This document shows positions 7,894-15,964 of a DNA stretch of 20,000 nucleotides, piece by piece (within the stretch, counting starts at the first letter, position 1; every line of letters starts with the position of its first letter). The position numbers and the translations under genes were made by a program. Source of the DNA: an uncultured virus (IMG/VR IMGVR_UViG_3300042430_001364) (taxonomy: Duplodnaviria > Heunggongvirae > Uroviricota > Caudoviricetes); IMG/VR virus record IMGVR_UViG_3300042430_001364. The stretch is one strand, 5' to 3'. A model generated the notes under the pieces. The model had not been told where the DNA came from and searched no databases. It saw only the letters and a list, made by a program, of their open reading frames with translations.

Positions 7894-8420
7894 TCTTCCC
7901 TTCTGTGTTTATGCAGACCGCTGTATTCGCGTTTATAAAGTAAGCTCCATGTTGCTACGAAACTGGGTGATCTCTTGAAAAGATTCACGTTTCTTTACAT
8001 CGTTTAAGAATTAGCGCACACAAGTGCATTCATCTTCTGGAAATGTTCTGGAAGACTTGTGTGGCAGGGGGAACCAATTTTGAATAGCAGCTCGGAATGT
8101 AGAAGGTTGTTTCCATCTTCGGTACGAGCACGGGGTCTAACCGTCAGCGGAAAAGCATGGAAGTCACGAAAAGCCTCTGGGTTCATAACAGCACGTTTAT
8201 GGGGAAATGTTAAACGTGTTGGAACCTATGCGTAAATAAGAAACTCGCTGAAGTGTAGTTATATAAAGCAAAACTACATCTATTCAAATAATTTAACATA
8301 CACAGTAGTCCTCTTGATTCACGTCAATGACAATAATGGCTGTGTGCAATTTCCCTACCTGCATTGAAAGTCGGGTTCATCCGTGAAAGCAGAAATGCTT
8401 CTAGGTGCATGGTGGGGATT
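7883..8420 (+). ncRNA. Large structured non-coding RNA of about 540 nt; GOLLD/ROOL-like candidate, family not assigned
   Basis: Only long + strand stretch without an ORF or an antisense gene. It has its own promoter and about 15 nested helices, e.g. 8017-8024/8056-8063, 8079-8087/8280-8288, 8190-8199/8211-8220, 8254-8260/8272-8278, 8352-8359/8411-8418 and a GAAA-capped 8387-8391/8396-8400. It ends 20 nt before tRNA-Trp. Confidence 0.75.
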
Positions 8421-8440
8421 CAATTTAAAATTTAATTTTT

Positions 8441-8515
8441 GCGGACGTGGTATATTAGTAGTGCAGCAGCCTCCAAAACTGCCTTATGAGGGTGCGATTC
8501 CCTCCGTCCGTGCCA
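8441..8515 (+). tRNA. trnW: tRNA-Trp (anticodon CCA)
   Basis: Acceptor GCGGACG/CGTCCGT, discriminator G, encoded CCA. Anticodon loop CTCCAAA; T arm GAGGG-TGCGATT-CCCTC. Confidence 0.9.
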
Positions 8516-8590
8516 ATTTCAAACACGAACTAAAAAATCGCAAATAAGATATACATTAGAACCAAACGCGAACACTTTTAGGGCAAATAA

Positions 8591-9094
8591 ATGATAGAGA
8601 TAGACTTACATCCACAGCTCGTCGCAACCGCATTAGAATTAGCGGAAGATAAGCCAAAATTAAAAAACTCCATACGAGATGGTGATGGCTGGAAAATCGC
8701 CATGATCTCTGACCTAATGGTTCAAGAAGCTCTGGGCGGCGAAATCATTTCTCACGAAGACTACAACTCTGATTGGAAGTCAAACAAAGGAAAACGCTTT
8801 GAGATCAAAGCTAAAGAAAGAACAGTTAAGCCAAAGCCCCATTACAACTGCACCGTTTATCAGTTCAATACCTTACAGAAGTGCGATTACTATTTATTCA
8901 CCAGTATTCTCAAAGACTATTCTAAAGGTTACATTCTTGGTTACATGAATAAAAAATCATTTTTAAATCAATCTTTGAACTGCAAAAAAGGAGAACTGGA
9001 CGAATCTTCTCCTGCTCACAAGCCTTATCTCTATCCAGCAGACTGTTTGAACTTGCGTATCAGTGAACTGCAAAAATTCAGCCTTGGCCAGTAA
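8591..9094 (+). CDS. Putative PD-(D/E)XK (restriction endonuclease-like) nuclease
   Basis: DYNSDW...RFEIKAK (D...ExK) with CDYYLF and GYILGY, a pattern seen in phage restriction-endonuclease-like proteins. Confidence 0.6.
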   Translation: MIEIDLHPQLVATALELAEDKPKLKNSIRDGDGWKIAMISDLMVQEALGGEIISHEDYNSDWKSNKGKRFEIKAKERTVKPKPHYNCTVYQFNTLQKCDYYLFTSILKDYSKGYILGYMNKKSFLNQSLNCKKGELDESSPAHKPYLYPADCLNLRISELQKFSLGQ

Positions 9095-9099
9095 AACCA

Positions 9100-9130
9100 T
9101 TGACAAGCTAGACGCTTTCTGATCTAGCTC
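9100..9130 (+). promoter_or_regulatory. Sigma70-like promoter of uvsE
   Basis: A-tract then TTGACA (9100-9105), 37 nt before ATG 9137. The -10 element is weak. Confidence 0.55.
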
Positions 9131-9136
9131 TTTTAC

Positions 9137-10042
9137 ATGAAACTATCTCTTTGCTGCATCTCTGAAATTCTTGCCGAACAAAAAGGCTTCAAGTTTGAGA
9201 CGATGACTTTCACTCGTTTCGTCTCTTTAGATCGAAGCGAAGCTATTCGCATTCTTAGTCGGCGCATTCTCAATAACTTTTTCGTTACGCATCAGATCAT
9301 TAAGCATTGCCACAGCTACGGCATTGCTGGCTACCGTTTGTCCTCTAGCTTAACGCCTGTTATCAATCATCCTAGCGTTAATCTTCGTTTGCAAGACTTA
9401 CCTGATTGGCCTGATATGCGTGACGCTTTGCACAAAATCGCCAACGAGATCAAAGTTAGCGGCGTTAGAATCTCCGCTCATCCTTCCGAATACATTACGC
9501 TCACTAGCGAAAATCCTGACGCAATCAGCAACAGCGTGCGCGATTTGATTTCTCACGCTGAGTTGTTTGACTTGCTTGAGTTGCCCCAAGATTACCGCTC
9601 ACCGCTCAACATTCATTGTCGTCAAGATGGTGACTGCGAAGAAATTTCCAAACGCTTTCTCGCCAATTATCACACGCTCCCACACAACGTAAAGTCGCGT
9701 TTAGTTGTTGAGGTCAATGACAACGTTAATGGCTCATGGAACATCTCTAATCTCTGCAAACATTTTTTCCTCACCAGCGGAATTCCTGTGACCTACGACT
9801 CTCTTCATCGTCAATTCTGCAACGCTGGCACCACCGATGAACAAGACTTTAACCTCGCTTATTCTACTTGGAACACCGCTCCTTTATTCCACTTTTCCGA
9901 GGGCGTCAATGACACGCGCAAGCACGCTGATATGCCGATTGGCAAGCCCAACGCTTACGGCAAAGACGTTTTCTTCGACGTGGAACTCAAGGGTAAAGAC
10001 AAAGCTATTTTCAAACTTTTAAATTTACAATACCATCTATGA
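9137..10042 (+). CDS. uvsE: UV DNA damage endonuclease (UVDE/UvsE family, TIM barrel)
   Basis: Family motifs YRLSS, RISAHP, LNIH, RLVVEVND, PVTYDSLH, PLFHFSE, RKHAD and DVELKGKD. Confidence 0.9.
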   Translation: MKLSLCCISEILAEQKGFKFETMTFTRFVSLDRSEAIRILSRRILNNFFVTHQIIKHCHSYGIAGYRLSSSLTPVINHPSVNLRLQDLPDWPDMRDALHKIANEIKVSGVRISAHPSEYITLTSENPDAISNSVRDLISHAELFDLLELPQDYRSPLNIHCRQDGDCEEISKRFLANYHTLPHNVKSRLVVEVNDNVNGSWNISNLCKHFFLTSGIPVTYDSLHRQFCNAGTTDEQDFNLAYSTWNTAPLFHFSEGVNDTRKHADMPIGKPNAYGKDVFFDVELKGKDKAIFKLLNLQYHL

Positions 10043-10401
10043 ATTTTCAAGCAGAACTAGACCTAGTAACCAAGAGAACCACTGACTTTCTCTTCAAAGA
10101 GAAGATCGGATTCAGGACTGGGCCAATGCCCTTGGAAGATTCCGTCAGCAAAAAAGAATACCTTGGCACAGAAATTCACACTGAACATCTTTACTCGATC
10201 ATTTGCCCAAATTACAGAAAGAACACGGTTGAATTTTTGGTGCTGAATAAAAATCAGATGATGAACATGATCTCACAAGGTTTCAGTGACAAAGAGATTG
10301 AACAGCATGGAAAAGTGTGGATTCATTTGGAAAAATTCGCCGATTACGTTAATATGATTCAGCAAGCAAACGACCCAAAATTCGGGTTAAAAATCAATTA
10401 A
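10039..10401 (+). CDS. Hypothetical protein
   Basis: ATGA overlap with uvsE. Confidence 0.75.
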   Translation: MNFQAELDLVTKRTTDFLFKEKIGFRTGPMPLEDSVSKKEYLGTEIHTEHLYSIICPNYRKNTVEFLVLNKNQMMNMISQGFSDKEIEQHGKVWIHLEKFADYVNMIQQANDPKFGLKIN

Positions 10402-10403
10402 AA

Positions 10404-10652
10404 ATGAACACCAAACACCAAATTTTCTCCTCTAAAAACCTCTCAGAAGTTTACGGCATTTACGAGCAGGTTTCAGATCAGTTTTTGAAGCAGTTCAAGT
10501 TTCACGCTGAGTTTATGATTTCGAGCTACACTTCTGATAAAAATTCGGTGCTTTCTGTTATTTGCGAAAATTCTTCGCAAGTTAAGTGGCTTGAAAACAA
10601 GGCTTTAGAACTTTCTCAAAGAAACTCAAAAAAAGTTGTTCAAAACGCTTGA
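10404..10652 (+). CDS. Hypothetical protein
   Basis: Tiles with its neighbours; the stop TGA lies inside the -35 element of the next promoter. Confidence 0.7.
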   Translation: MNTKHQIFSSKNLSEVYGIYEQVSDQFLKQFKFHAEFMISSYTSDKNSVLSVICENSSQVKWLENKALELSQRNSKKVVQNA

Positions 10653-10676
10653 CGGATAAGAAAAGTGTGGTAGAGT
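10649..10676 (+). promoter_or_regulatory. Sigma70-like promoter of the rII genes with extended -10
   Basis: TTGACG-16 nt-(TGn)TAGAGT with upstream A-tracts. Confidence 0.7.
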
Positions 10677-10710
10677 GGTTGCAGATTAAATTACTAAACA
10701 AATTGCTAAC

Positions 10711-12798
10711 ATGATCATTAAATCCATCCAGAAAAACGTTGTTGAGTCTCACGATTTCAAATCTGAAATCGCTACCATTGATGCGAGCGAGATGCGTTAC
10801 ATTTCGTCTCTTCTTCGTAACAATTATTCCGACACCATTCTCGCCACTGTGCGCGAAACTTGGGCAAACGCTGTTGACGCTAACAGCGCGGCGAATTCTG
10901 CCACTCCAATCAAGATCAGCTTTCCAACTCATCTCGCTCCTACCTATTCGGTGCGCGACTTTGGCGGCGGCTTGTCTGAGGAAGAGTTGTTTGGCCTTTA
11001 CACCAAGTATGGTCGCTCTAGCAAGCGCGGCAGCAACAACGCAATCGGCGGTTTCGGTATTGGCCGCTTCTCTCCCTTGTCTTATACCGACTCATTTACC
11101 GTAGTTTCCTGCAAAGATGGCGAAAAGATCATTATCTCTGTTTATGTGGATGAAAGCGGCGACACTCGCTTTACCAAGCTCGCAGAAGAATCTACCACTG
11201 AGCCAAATGGTGTGGAAATTTCTGTTGCTGTAAAAAACGAAGACATTGCTAAGTTTATCGAAGCTGGTCACAAAGTTTTAAAGTTCACCTCCGCGCCTTT
11301 TGTTTCTTCTGGCATCCAATCTTTGGAAACTCTTGATTGGGTGATAAAGAACAACACTTGGGGTGTATTAAAACATCTTAATAATGGCAGCGTCTATAAT
11401 CGTAGATCAGATTCTCCAGTGATTGTTATGGGCGGCATTTCTTACCCACTTAATCTTGAAATGTTGTCTGATAGACTATCTTCGCTCTCAATCTACAAAT
11501 CTCTCAGAGGTACTAGCGCAGCCTCTTTCTTCGTGTTTTTCTTTCCTGTTGGCTCGCTTTCTCTGCATCACTCCAGAGAGAGTTTAGAGTACAACGAACT
11601 CACTAAAAAGAATCTCGTTTCGTTCTTCTCAAATCTTGAATATGAAATCAGAGAAGTGTTTCAAAAGACTTTAAATGATATTTCAGACGTAGAGCAGTTT
11701 ATGGCCAAGGTGAATAGCATTAGCGACAATTACGTTTTGCAAAATGTTGCTAGTGATATACCAATGATCTTTAACGCCTCTAATGGCGACAAAATTCAAG
11801 TTCAGCCAAACCTCCATTACGAAATTACGCATGGTTATTGCGTTAATCGCAACGGTAATTTCCGAACTATTAGCATTTCCGACAAGAGAAGTCTTAGTCC
11901 TTCACTGTTTTATTCTAACAGCAATTATTGTATTCTCATCGCGGACAAAAAAAAGAGTCTTTTCGCCAAAGCTCGCTGGATTCAAAAAAATTCAATTCTT
12001 GGAGACAAAAAAGGTTTTTCCGTCGTTGTTCTTCCTCCAGAAGAAGCTAAAGCATTTTTAACTTCTTACACTACTTGCAATCGCATTTTCCTTTCTTCTA
12101 CTACCAAAGAATTGAAATCTGATCAGGCGAAGGCTTCTCAGGCTCGCATTGTATTTGCCAAAGCCATTTATGGTTATCGGCCTTTTGTTACTCAAGCTAA
12201 CCTTCCAGAAGGTAAGTTTTATTACGTTAAACTGCAAAACAAAGATCGCCGCTTTTATTGTGAGATTGCTGGTCAAGAATTTACCAGAGATCACTCTTTC
12301 GAGTTCTTTACCAAGCTGCATGAATTGAAAATCCTTGACCAAACTTATGTTTATGGTGTTCAAGATGATTCGGATTTGGGCGACGAAGCAATCAACCTTG
12401 CAACTCTAGTTGAGGATTACATTAAAAAACAATTAAAAATGCACGGTAGCGCAATCTCTCAAAATCTCGAAAACAATTATCGCGCATCTAAATTTAGAAG
12501 TTACGTAAAAAGTATCGCTGATAGGCTTGACAAGAAGCATCCTTTGAATATGTTCTACGGAACTGAACCTGTAACTGATAAACAATTCTCTCTTGAACAA
12601 GAGAGTATTATGGAATTGCTTCGCTTGACCCGCCAATCTTTTTCAGAAACTATTGACAAAACTAAAATTGATGCTGAACATGATGCTCTCGTTAAGAAGT
12701 ATCCAATAGTAATGATGTTCTCAAACTACTATGGTTACCATAACGAAGAGCACTGCAAAAACATGGTCGATTACATTTCCCTGATTGATAAACAATAA
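10711..12798 (+). CDS. rIIA: RIIA-like protein with N-terminal GHKL/HATPase domain
   Basis: Motifs YSDTILATVRETWANAVDA, VRDFGGGLS and SSKRGSNNAIGGFGIGRFSPLSYTDSFTV; directly upstream of rIIB. Confidence 0.9.
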   Translation: MIIKSIQKNVVESHDFKSEIATIDASEMRYISSLLRNNYSDTILATVRETWANAVDANSAANSATPIKISFPTHLAPTYSVRDFGGGLSEEELFGLYTKYGRSSKRGSNNAIGGFGIGRFSPLSYTDSFTVVSCKDGEKIIISVYVDESGDTRFTKLAEESTTEPNGVEISVAVKNEDIAKFIEAGHKVLKFTSAPFVSSGIQSLETLDWVIKNNTWGVLKHLNNGSVYNRRSDSPVIVMGGISYPLNLEMLSDRLSSLSIYKSLRGTSAASFFVFFFPVGSLSLHHSRESLEYNELTKKNLVSFFSNLEYEIREVFQKTLNDISDVEQFMAKVNSISDNYVLQNVASDIPMIFNASNGDKIQVQPNLHYEITHGYCVNRNGNFRTISISDKRSLSPSLFYSNSNYCILIADKKKSLFAKARWIQKNSILGDKKGFSVVVLPPEEAKAFLTSYTTCNRIFLSSTTKELKSDQAKASQARIVFAKAIYGYRPFVTQANLPEGKFYYVKLQNKDRRFYCEIAGQEFTRDHSFEFFTKLHELKILDQTYVYGVQDDSDLGDEAINLATLVEDYIKKQLKMHGSAISQNLENNYRASKFRSYVKSIADRLDKKHPLNMFYGTEPVTDKQFSLEQESIMELLRLTRQSFSETIDKTKIDAEHDALVKKYPIVMMFSNYYGYHNEEHCKNMVDYISLIDKQ

Positions 12799-12824
12799 CA
12801 ACAAAACTAAACTAAGTTATCTAT

Positions 12825-13946
12825 ATGAATAAGCCAGCCTACATTATGCGCGATGATTCCATTACCGTTTTCGTTAATGGTCGTCCTTATACCGTCGAGA
12901 AGTCTAATCCAAACTTCTTTGCTCTACGCAAAGCCTTGATCGACGCGAACTATGCCGATATTCCTAGTCTTGTGAGCGTTGAGCACAAGATCGTCAACTT
13001 CTCTCATGGCAAACTTCGCGTTGCTGATGGCGAAGTGTTCTATGGCACTGAAAAGCTACATGGCGTTGTTGTAACGAAGTTGCTTGAGCTGTTGAAGGCT
13101 GGAGCTAAAGATGCTGAGCCTTTGCTAAACTTCATTAGCAATCTCATGTCTAACGTTTCGGCCAACTCAGTCAACGAACTCTATTCGTTCTTGTCTTACA
13201 AGTCGCTTCCAATCACGCCAGAAGGAAATTTCCTCGCTTACAAAGGAGTTAAAAATGATTTTTATTCCAGCAGCGGCAACACTTCAACCGTTGTTGTTCA
13301 AGGCAAAGTGAACGAATCAGGTCACATCTTGAACGCTATTGGCTCTACTATCGAAGTTGCTCGTCGCTCTGTTGACGACAACAAAGACAATCACTGCTCG
13401 TTTGGCTTGCACGTTGGTAGCTTTGATTACGCTCAGAACTGGGCTGGGCCAACTGGACGTTTGCTCGTTGTGGAGGTTAATCCAGCCGATGCTGTGAGCG
13501 TTCCAACTGACTGCTCTTTCCAAAAACTGCGCGTGAGCAAGTACAAAGTTATCTCTGACATTACTCCAGAGCGCAAAGAGATCAGCGAGCCTATCTATAA
13601 CGAAGGTGATTGCGATGATTGCGACGAGTGCGGCTGCGATAGCGTCGATGATAGTGGCCTCGATAGAGCTGAACGGGTGGACGATAACAACGATTCTCGT
13701 GACATTGATTGGCGTCACGAAGCTATCAAACTTAAAGTTGGCAATTACATCGAAAATGCTATCAACAATGAAATTTATCCATCGTTGTCTAGTATTATGA
13801 ACGATGCTATTAATGGATATGATGTTGAGTACGATGAGCTTGCTGACATCATCTTTGAGTTGGGCTACGACACCAACGAAAACACTCTTCGTGCCGATGG
13901 CTCTCGCGTCAGCACGGATGACGCGGTGATCGTTGAGTCATTCTGA
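12825..13946 (+). CDS. rIIB: RIIB-like protein with acidic C-terminal extension
   Basis: Motifs LYSFL..LPITPEGNFLAYKGV, VDDNKDNHCSFGLHVGSFDYA and VEVNPADAVSVPTDCSFQKLRVSKYKV. Confidence 0.92.
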   Translation: MNKPAYIMRDDSITVFVNGRPYTVEKSNPNFFALRKALIDANYADIPSLVSVEHKIVNFSHGKLRVADGEVFYGTEKLHGVVVTKLLELLKAGAKDAEPLLNFISNLMSNVSANSVNELYSFLSYKSLPITPEGNFLAYKGVKNDFYSSSGNTSTVVVQGKVNESGHILNAIGSTIEVARRSVDDNKDNHCSFGLHVGSFDYAQNWAGPTGRLLVVEVNPADAVSVPTDCSFQKLRVSKYKVISDITPERKEISEPIYNEGDCDDCDECGCDSVDDSGLDRAERVDDNNDSRDIDWRHEAIKLKVGNYIENAINNEIYPSLSSIMNDAINGYDVEYDELADIIFELGYDTNENTLRADGSRVSTDDAVIVESF

Positions 13947-13947
13947 T

Positions 13948-14256
13948 ATGAAACTTAATCCACTTGTTCAAAAACTAGAAAATGCGAATACGACTGAACT
14001 CGATATTGCCTTTGCTCTCTTAAAGTATAAAGAGATCGGCATTTATCGTAAGATTCAAGCCTTGTGCTTGAGCTTCAACCTGAATCTTGATGAAGTCCTT
14101 CAAGGGCTTCCTCAAGAGGAAGGGCGAGTATTAGATTGGGACACTCGCCATTTTATTCATCACTACATGATTATCAGAGCAAATGAGCTTCAATCTATTG
14201 ATAGAACGCAATATCCTCACGATATTGTTAAGCAATCTTTTCACGAACAAAACTAA
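13948..14256 (+). CDS. Hypothetical protein
   Basis: Start corrected to ATG 13948; TAATG overlap with the next gene. Confidence 0.75.
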   Translation: MKLNPLVQKLENANTTELDIAFALLKYKEIGIYRKIQALCLSFNLNLDEVLQGLPQEEGRVLDWDTRHFIHHYMIIRANELQSIDRTQYPHDIVKQSFHEQN

Positions 14257-14567
14257 TGGACACACTACAACTCACAACTAATGGAGTAGCAGCTAACAAG
14301 AACTGGTTTGAGATTTGGAATCTTGAACGAGACGGTACGCTTCGCAACTGCATTAACTTCTATGATTTCGCTTTGGACAATGCCGCAGCATGGGCGGCGC
14401 ATTGCTTCACCTCAGAAACGGCGCGAACAGAGGAGCCTTATCAAATCGTTCACGCCTTTAAAGACGACTCTGGCAAGATTCAGCGCAACGTTCCTGTTGT
14501 GGTGGATTCTAAAGACGTTGCTTCTTTACTATCTAGGGTGAGATCAAAAGTTATCAAGGGCGAATAA
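14256..14567 (+). CDS. Hypothetical protein
   Basis: Translationally coupled to the upstream gene. Confidence 0.75.
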   Translation: MDTLQLTTNGVAANKNWFEIWNLERDGTLRNCINFYDFALDNAAAWAAHCFTSETARTEEPYQIVHAFKDDSGKIQRNVPVVVDSKDVASLLSRVRSKVIKGE

Positions 14568-14589
14568 TTTAAATTAATTTTTATTCACC

Positions 14590-14934
14590 ATGAATAGACA
14601 AGACCTGTTTGAGCATCACCAAACGCTCTGCAAGCGAGCGTTTGAGATCATGCAAGCCAAAAACAACGACTATGCTGGGAGCAAAGGCGACGTTCCGTTT
14701 GCCAACTTTCAGCGGTGCGAAGCTATGGGAGTCTGCACTACTGAACAAGGTTTTCTTGTTCGTATCATTGACAAGGTATCTCGTCTTAGCACGTTTGCCC
14801 AAGATGGAAAGCTCTTGGTTAAAAACGAAAGCTATGAAGATGCTATCTTGGACATCTTAAACTACTGCGTCTTAATGTCCGCTTACATCAAAGGTAAGCA
14901 AGAAAGCAAATCAACTGATAGCGATGCCAGTTAA
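14590..14934 (+). CDS. DUF1599 / nucleotide-modification-associated domain protein (all-alpha NTP pyrophosphohydrolase-like)
   Basis: Motifs KNNDYAG, PFANF, VRIIDKVSRL and NESYEDAILDILNY. Confidence 0.75.
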   Translation: MNRQDLFEHHQTLCKRAFEIMQAKNNDYAGSKGDVPFANFQRCEAMGVCTTEQGFLVRIIDKVSRLSTFAQDGKLLVKNESYEDAILDILNYCVLMSAYIKGKQESKSTDSDAS

Positions 14935-15174
14935 TCTATAACCAGCATCAAAAGGTCGAATAAATAAGCCTGTTGGCATTCCCAACACATCAATCTTATG
15001 ATTGTATTCTCTAACTAAATGATCGGAGAAGTCCCCGAAAGTTCCATTGCCAGAAGCAGCGTAACCAGTAGCAGAGTAAAGTCCAGTGATTTGTGTCTTG
15101 TAGCTAGACCAATCTCCAGACACAATGCTATAATTATTATGTATATCTGCTTGTAATAATCGGGGACTATCCAT
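14911..15174 (-). CDS. Hypothetical protein, 87 aa (MDSPRLLQ...)
   Basis: Start set to ATG 15174, 8 nt after GTGTAA. Overlaps the 14590-14934 gene convergently by 24 nt. Confidence 0.7.
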   Translation of the reverse strand: MDSPRLLQADIHNNYSIVSGDWSSYKTQITGLYSATGYAASGNGTFGDFSDHLVREYNHKIDVLGMPTGLFIRPFDAGYRLTGIAIS

Positions 15175-15188
15175 ATTATATATTACAC
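15175..15188 (-). promoter_or_regulatory. GTGTAA motif, candidate late promoter
   Basis: - strand reads GTGTAA-TATATAAT-ATG. Confidence 0.6.
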
Positions 15189-15283
15189 TTAATGTTATCA
15201 ATCTTGATTTTCATAATAGTGCTATGCCACTTATGGAATCGCCCAAACTATTTTACTAGACGAGATCGTTGGTAAAACAATTA

Positions 15284-15358
15284 GCTTCAGTAGCTCAGTG
15301 GTAGAGCACTCGCCTTGTAAGCGAGCGGTCATCGGTTCGACTCCGATTTGAAGCTCCA
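15284..15358 (+). tRNA. trnT: tRNA-Thr (anticodon TGT)
   Basis: Acceptor GCTTCAG/TTGAAGC, D arm GCTC/GAGC, anticodon arm CTCGC-CTTGTAA-GCGAG, T loop TTCGACT, encoded CCA. Confidence 0.95.
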
Positions 15359-15365
15359 TTTTTAT

Positions 15366-15722
15366 ATGCAAAAAATACTCATAAACCCAGAAGTTGGCGG
15401 ATTCTATATGTCTCTGGAAGCTAAGGAAATGTATCTCAAAGCGAAAGGTATTCCTTACACAATAGAAGACGGTTACGCTGGCGACGGTTACGCTGGCGGT
15501 AAATATGTTCGTAGCGAAGTTGTTTTTTATAATTTAAAACGCGACGATGAAACTTTGTTAAAGATTTACGAAGAGATTGGTTGCGAAAGGTTTTCTGTTC
15601 TTCATGTTTGTATTCGTATCGTAGAAGTGCCAGATGATGTTGAATGGATAATTTGCACAACTGATTATGGTCACGAATGGGTCGCCGAAAAACATCGCAC
15701 TTGGTTTTACAAAGAACAATGA
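15366..15722 (+). CDS. Conserved phage hypothetical protein, paralog of 4984-5259
   Basis: KILIN..GGF, RDDETL and VEVPDDVEW...DYGHEWVAEKHRTW. Start moved past the tRNA. Confidence 0.85.
   Translation: MQKILINPEVGGFYMSLEAKEMYLKAKGIPYTIEDGYAGDGYAGGKYVRSEVVFYNLKRDDETLLKIYEEIGCERFSVLHVCIRIVEVPDDVEWIICTTDYGHEWVAEKHRTWFYKEQ
15468..15497 (+). repeat. Perfect 15-bp in-frame tandem duplication (DGYAG x2)
   Basis: GACGGTTACGCTGGC twice. Confidence 0.9.
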
Positions 15723-15952
15723 ACTCCGAATGGACAAAACAAAATCCTGATAGTGCAGCGCAGTTGATTCACGAACTGCTCTTAACTCAAGATGATTGGC
15801 GAACAATGGCAGAAGATATGTTTGAGCACGTCTGCGAACTTCGCGCTATAAATTCATGGATGGAAGATACCACCGAAGGAAACGCAAAAGAATTAAAAAT
15901 TCTTGACGATGTGATTAAAAGATTTCAGGAACTAAAATCAAAATCTCCTTAA
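15719..15952 (+). CDS. Hypothetical protein
   Basis: Start corrected to 15719 (ATGA overlap). Confidence 0.75.
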   Translation: MNSEWTKQNPDSAAQLIHELLLTQDDWRTMAEDMFEHVCELRAINSWMEDTTEGNAKELKILDDVIKRFQELKSKSP

Positions 15953-15964
15953 AAAGTGTTGACT

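Noticed and set aside
7794..8186. Antisense ORFs 7794-7988 and 8004-8186 as protein genes
   Set aside because: They are short, have no recognisable motifs or upstream GTGTAA, and overlap a promoter and a densely paired RNA that explains the region better.
7883..8420. RNase P RNA, tmRNA or group I/II intron identity for the large RNA
   Set aside because: I found no GAGGAAAGUCC-type RNase P core, no tRNA-like GGGG...CCA ends, no interrupted host gene and no group II domain V. This was by eye only, so cmscan is still needed.
15233..15277. Mini-ORF MESPKLFY and hairpin TTTTACTA...TGGTAAAA upstream of tRNA-Thr
   Set aside because: Too short and AT-rich to support. It may be a tRNA leader structure, but there is no independent evidence.
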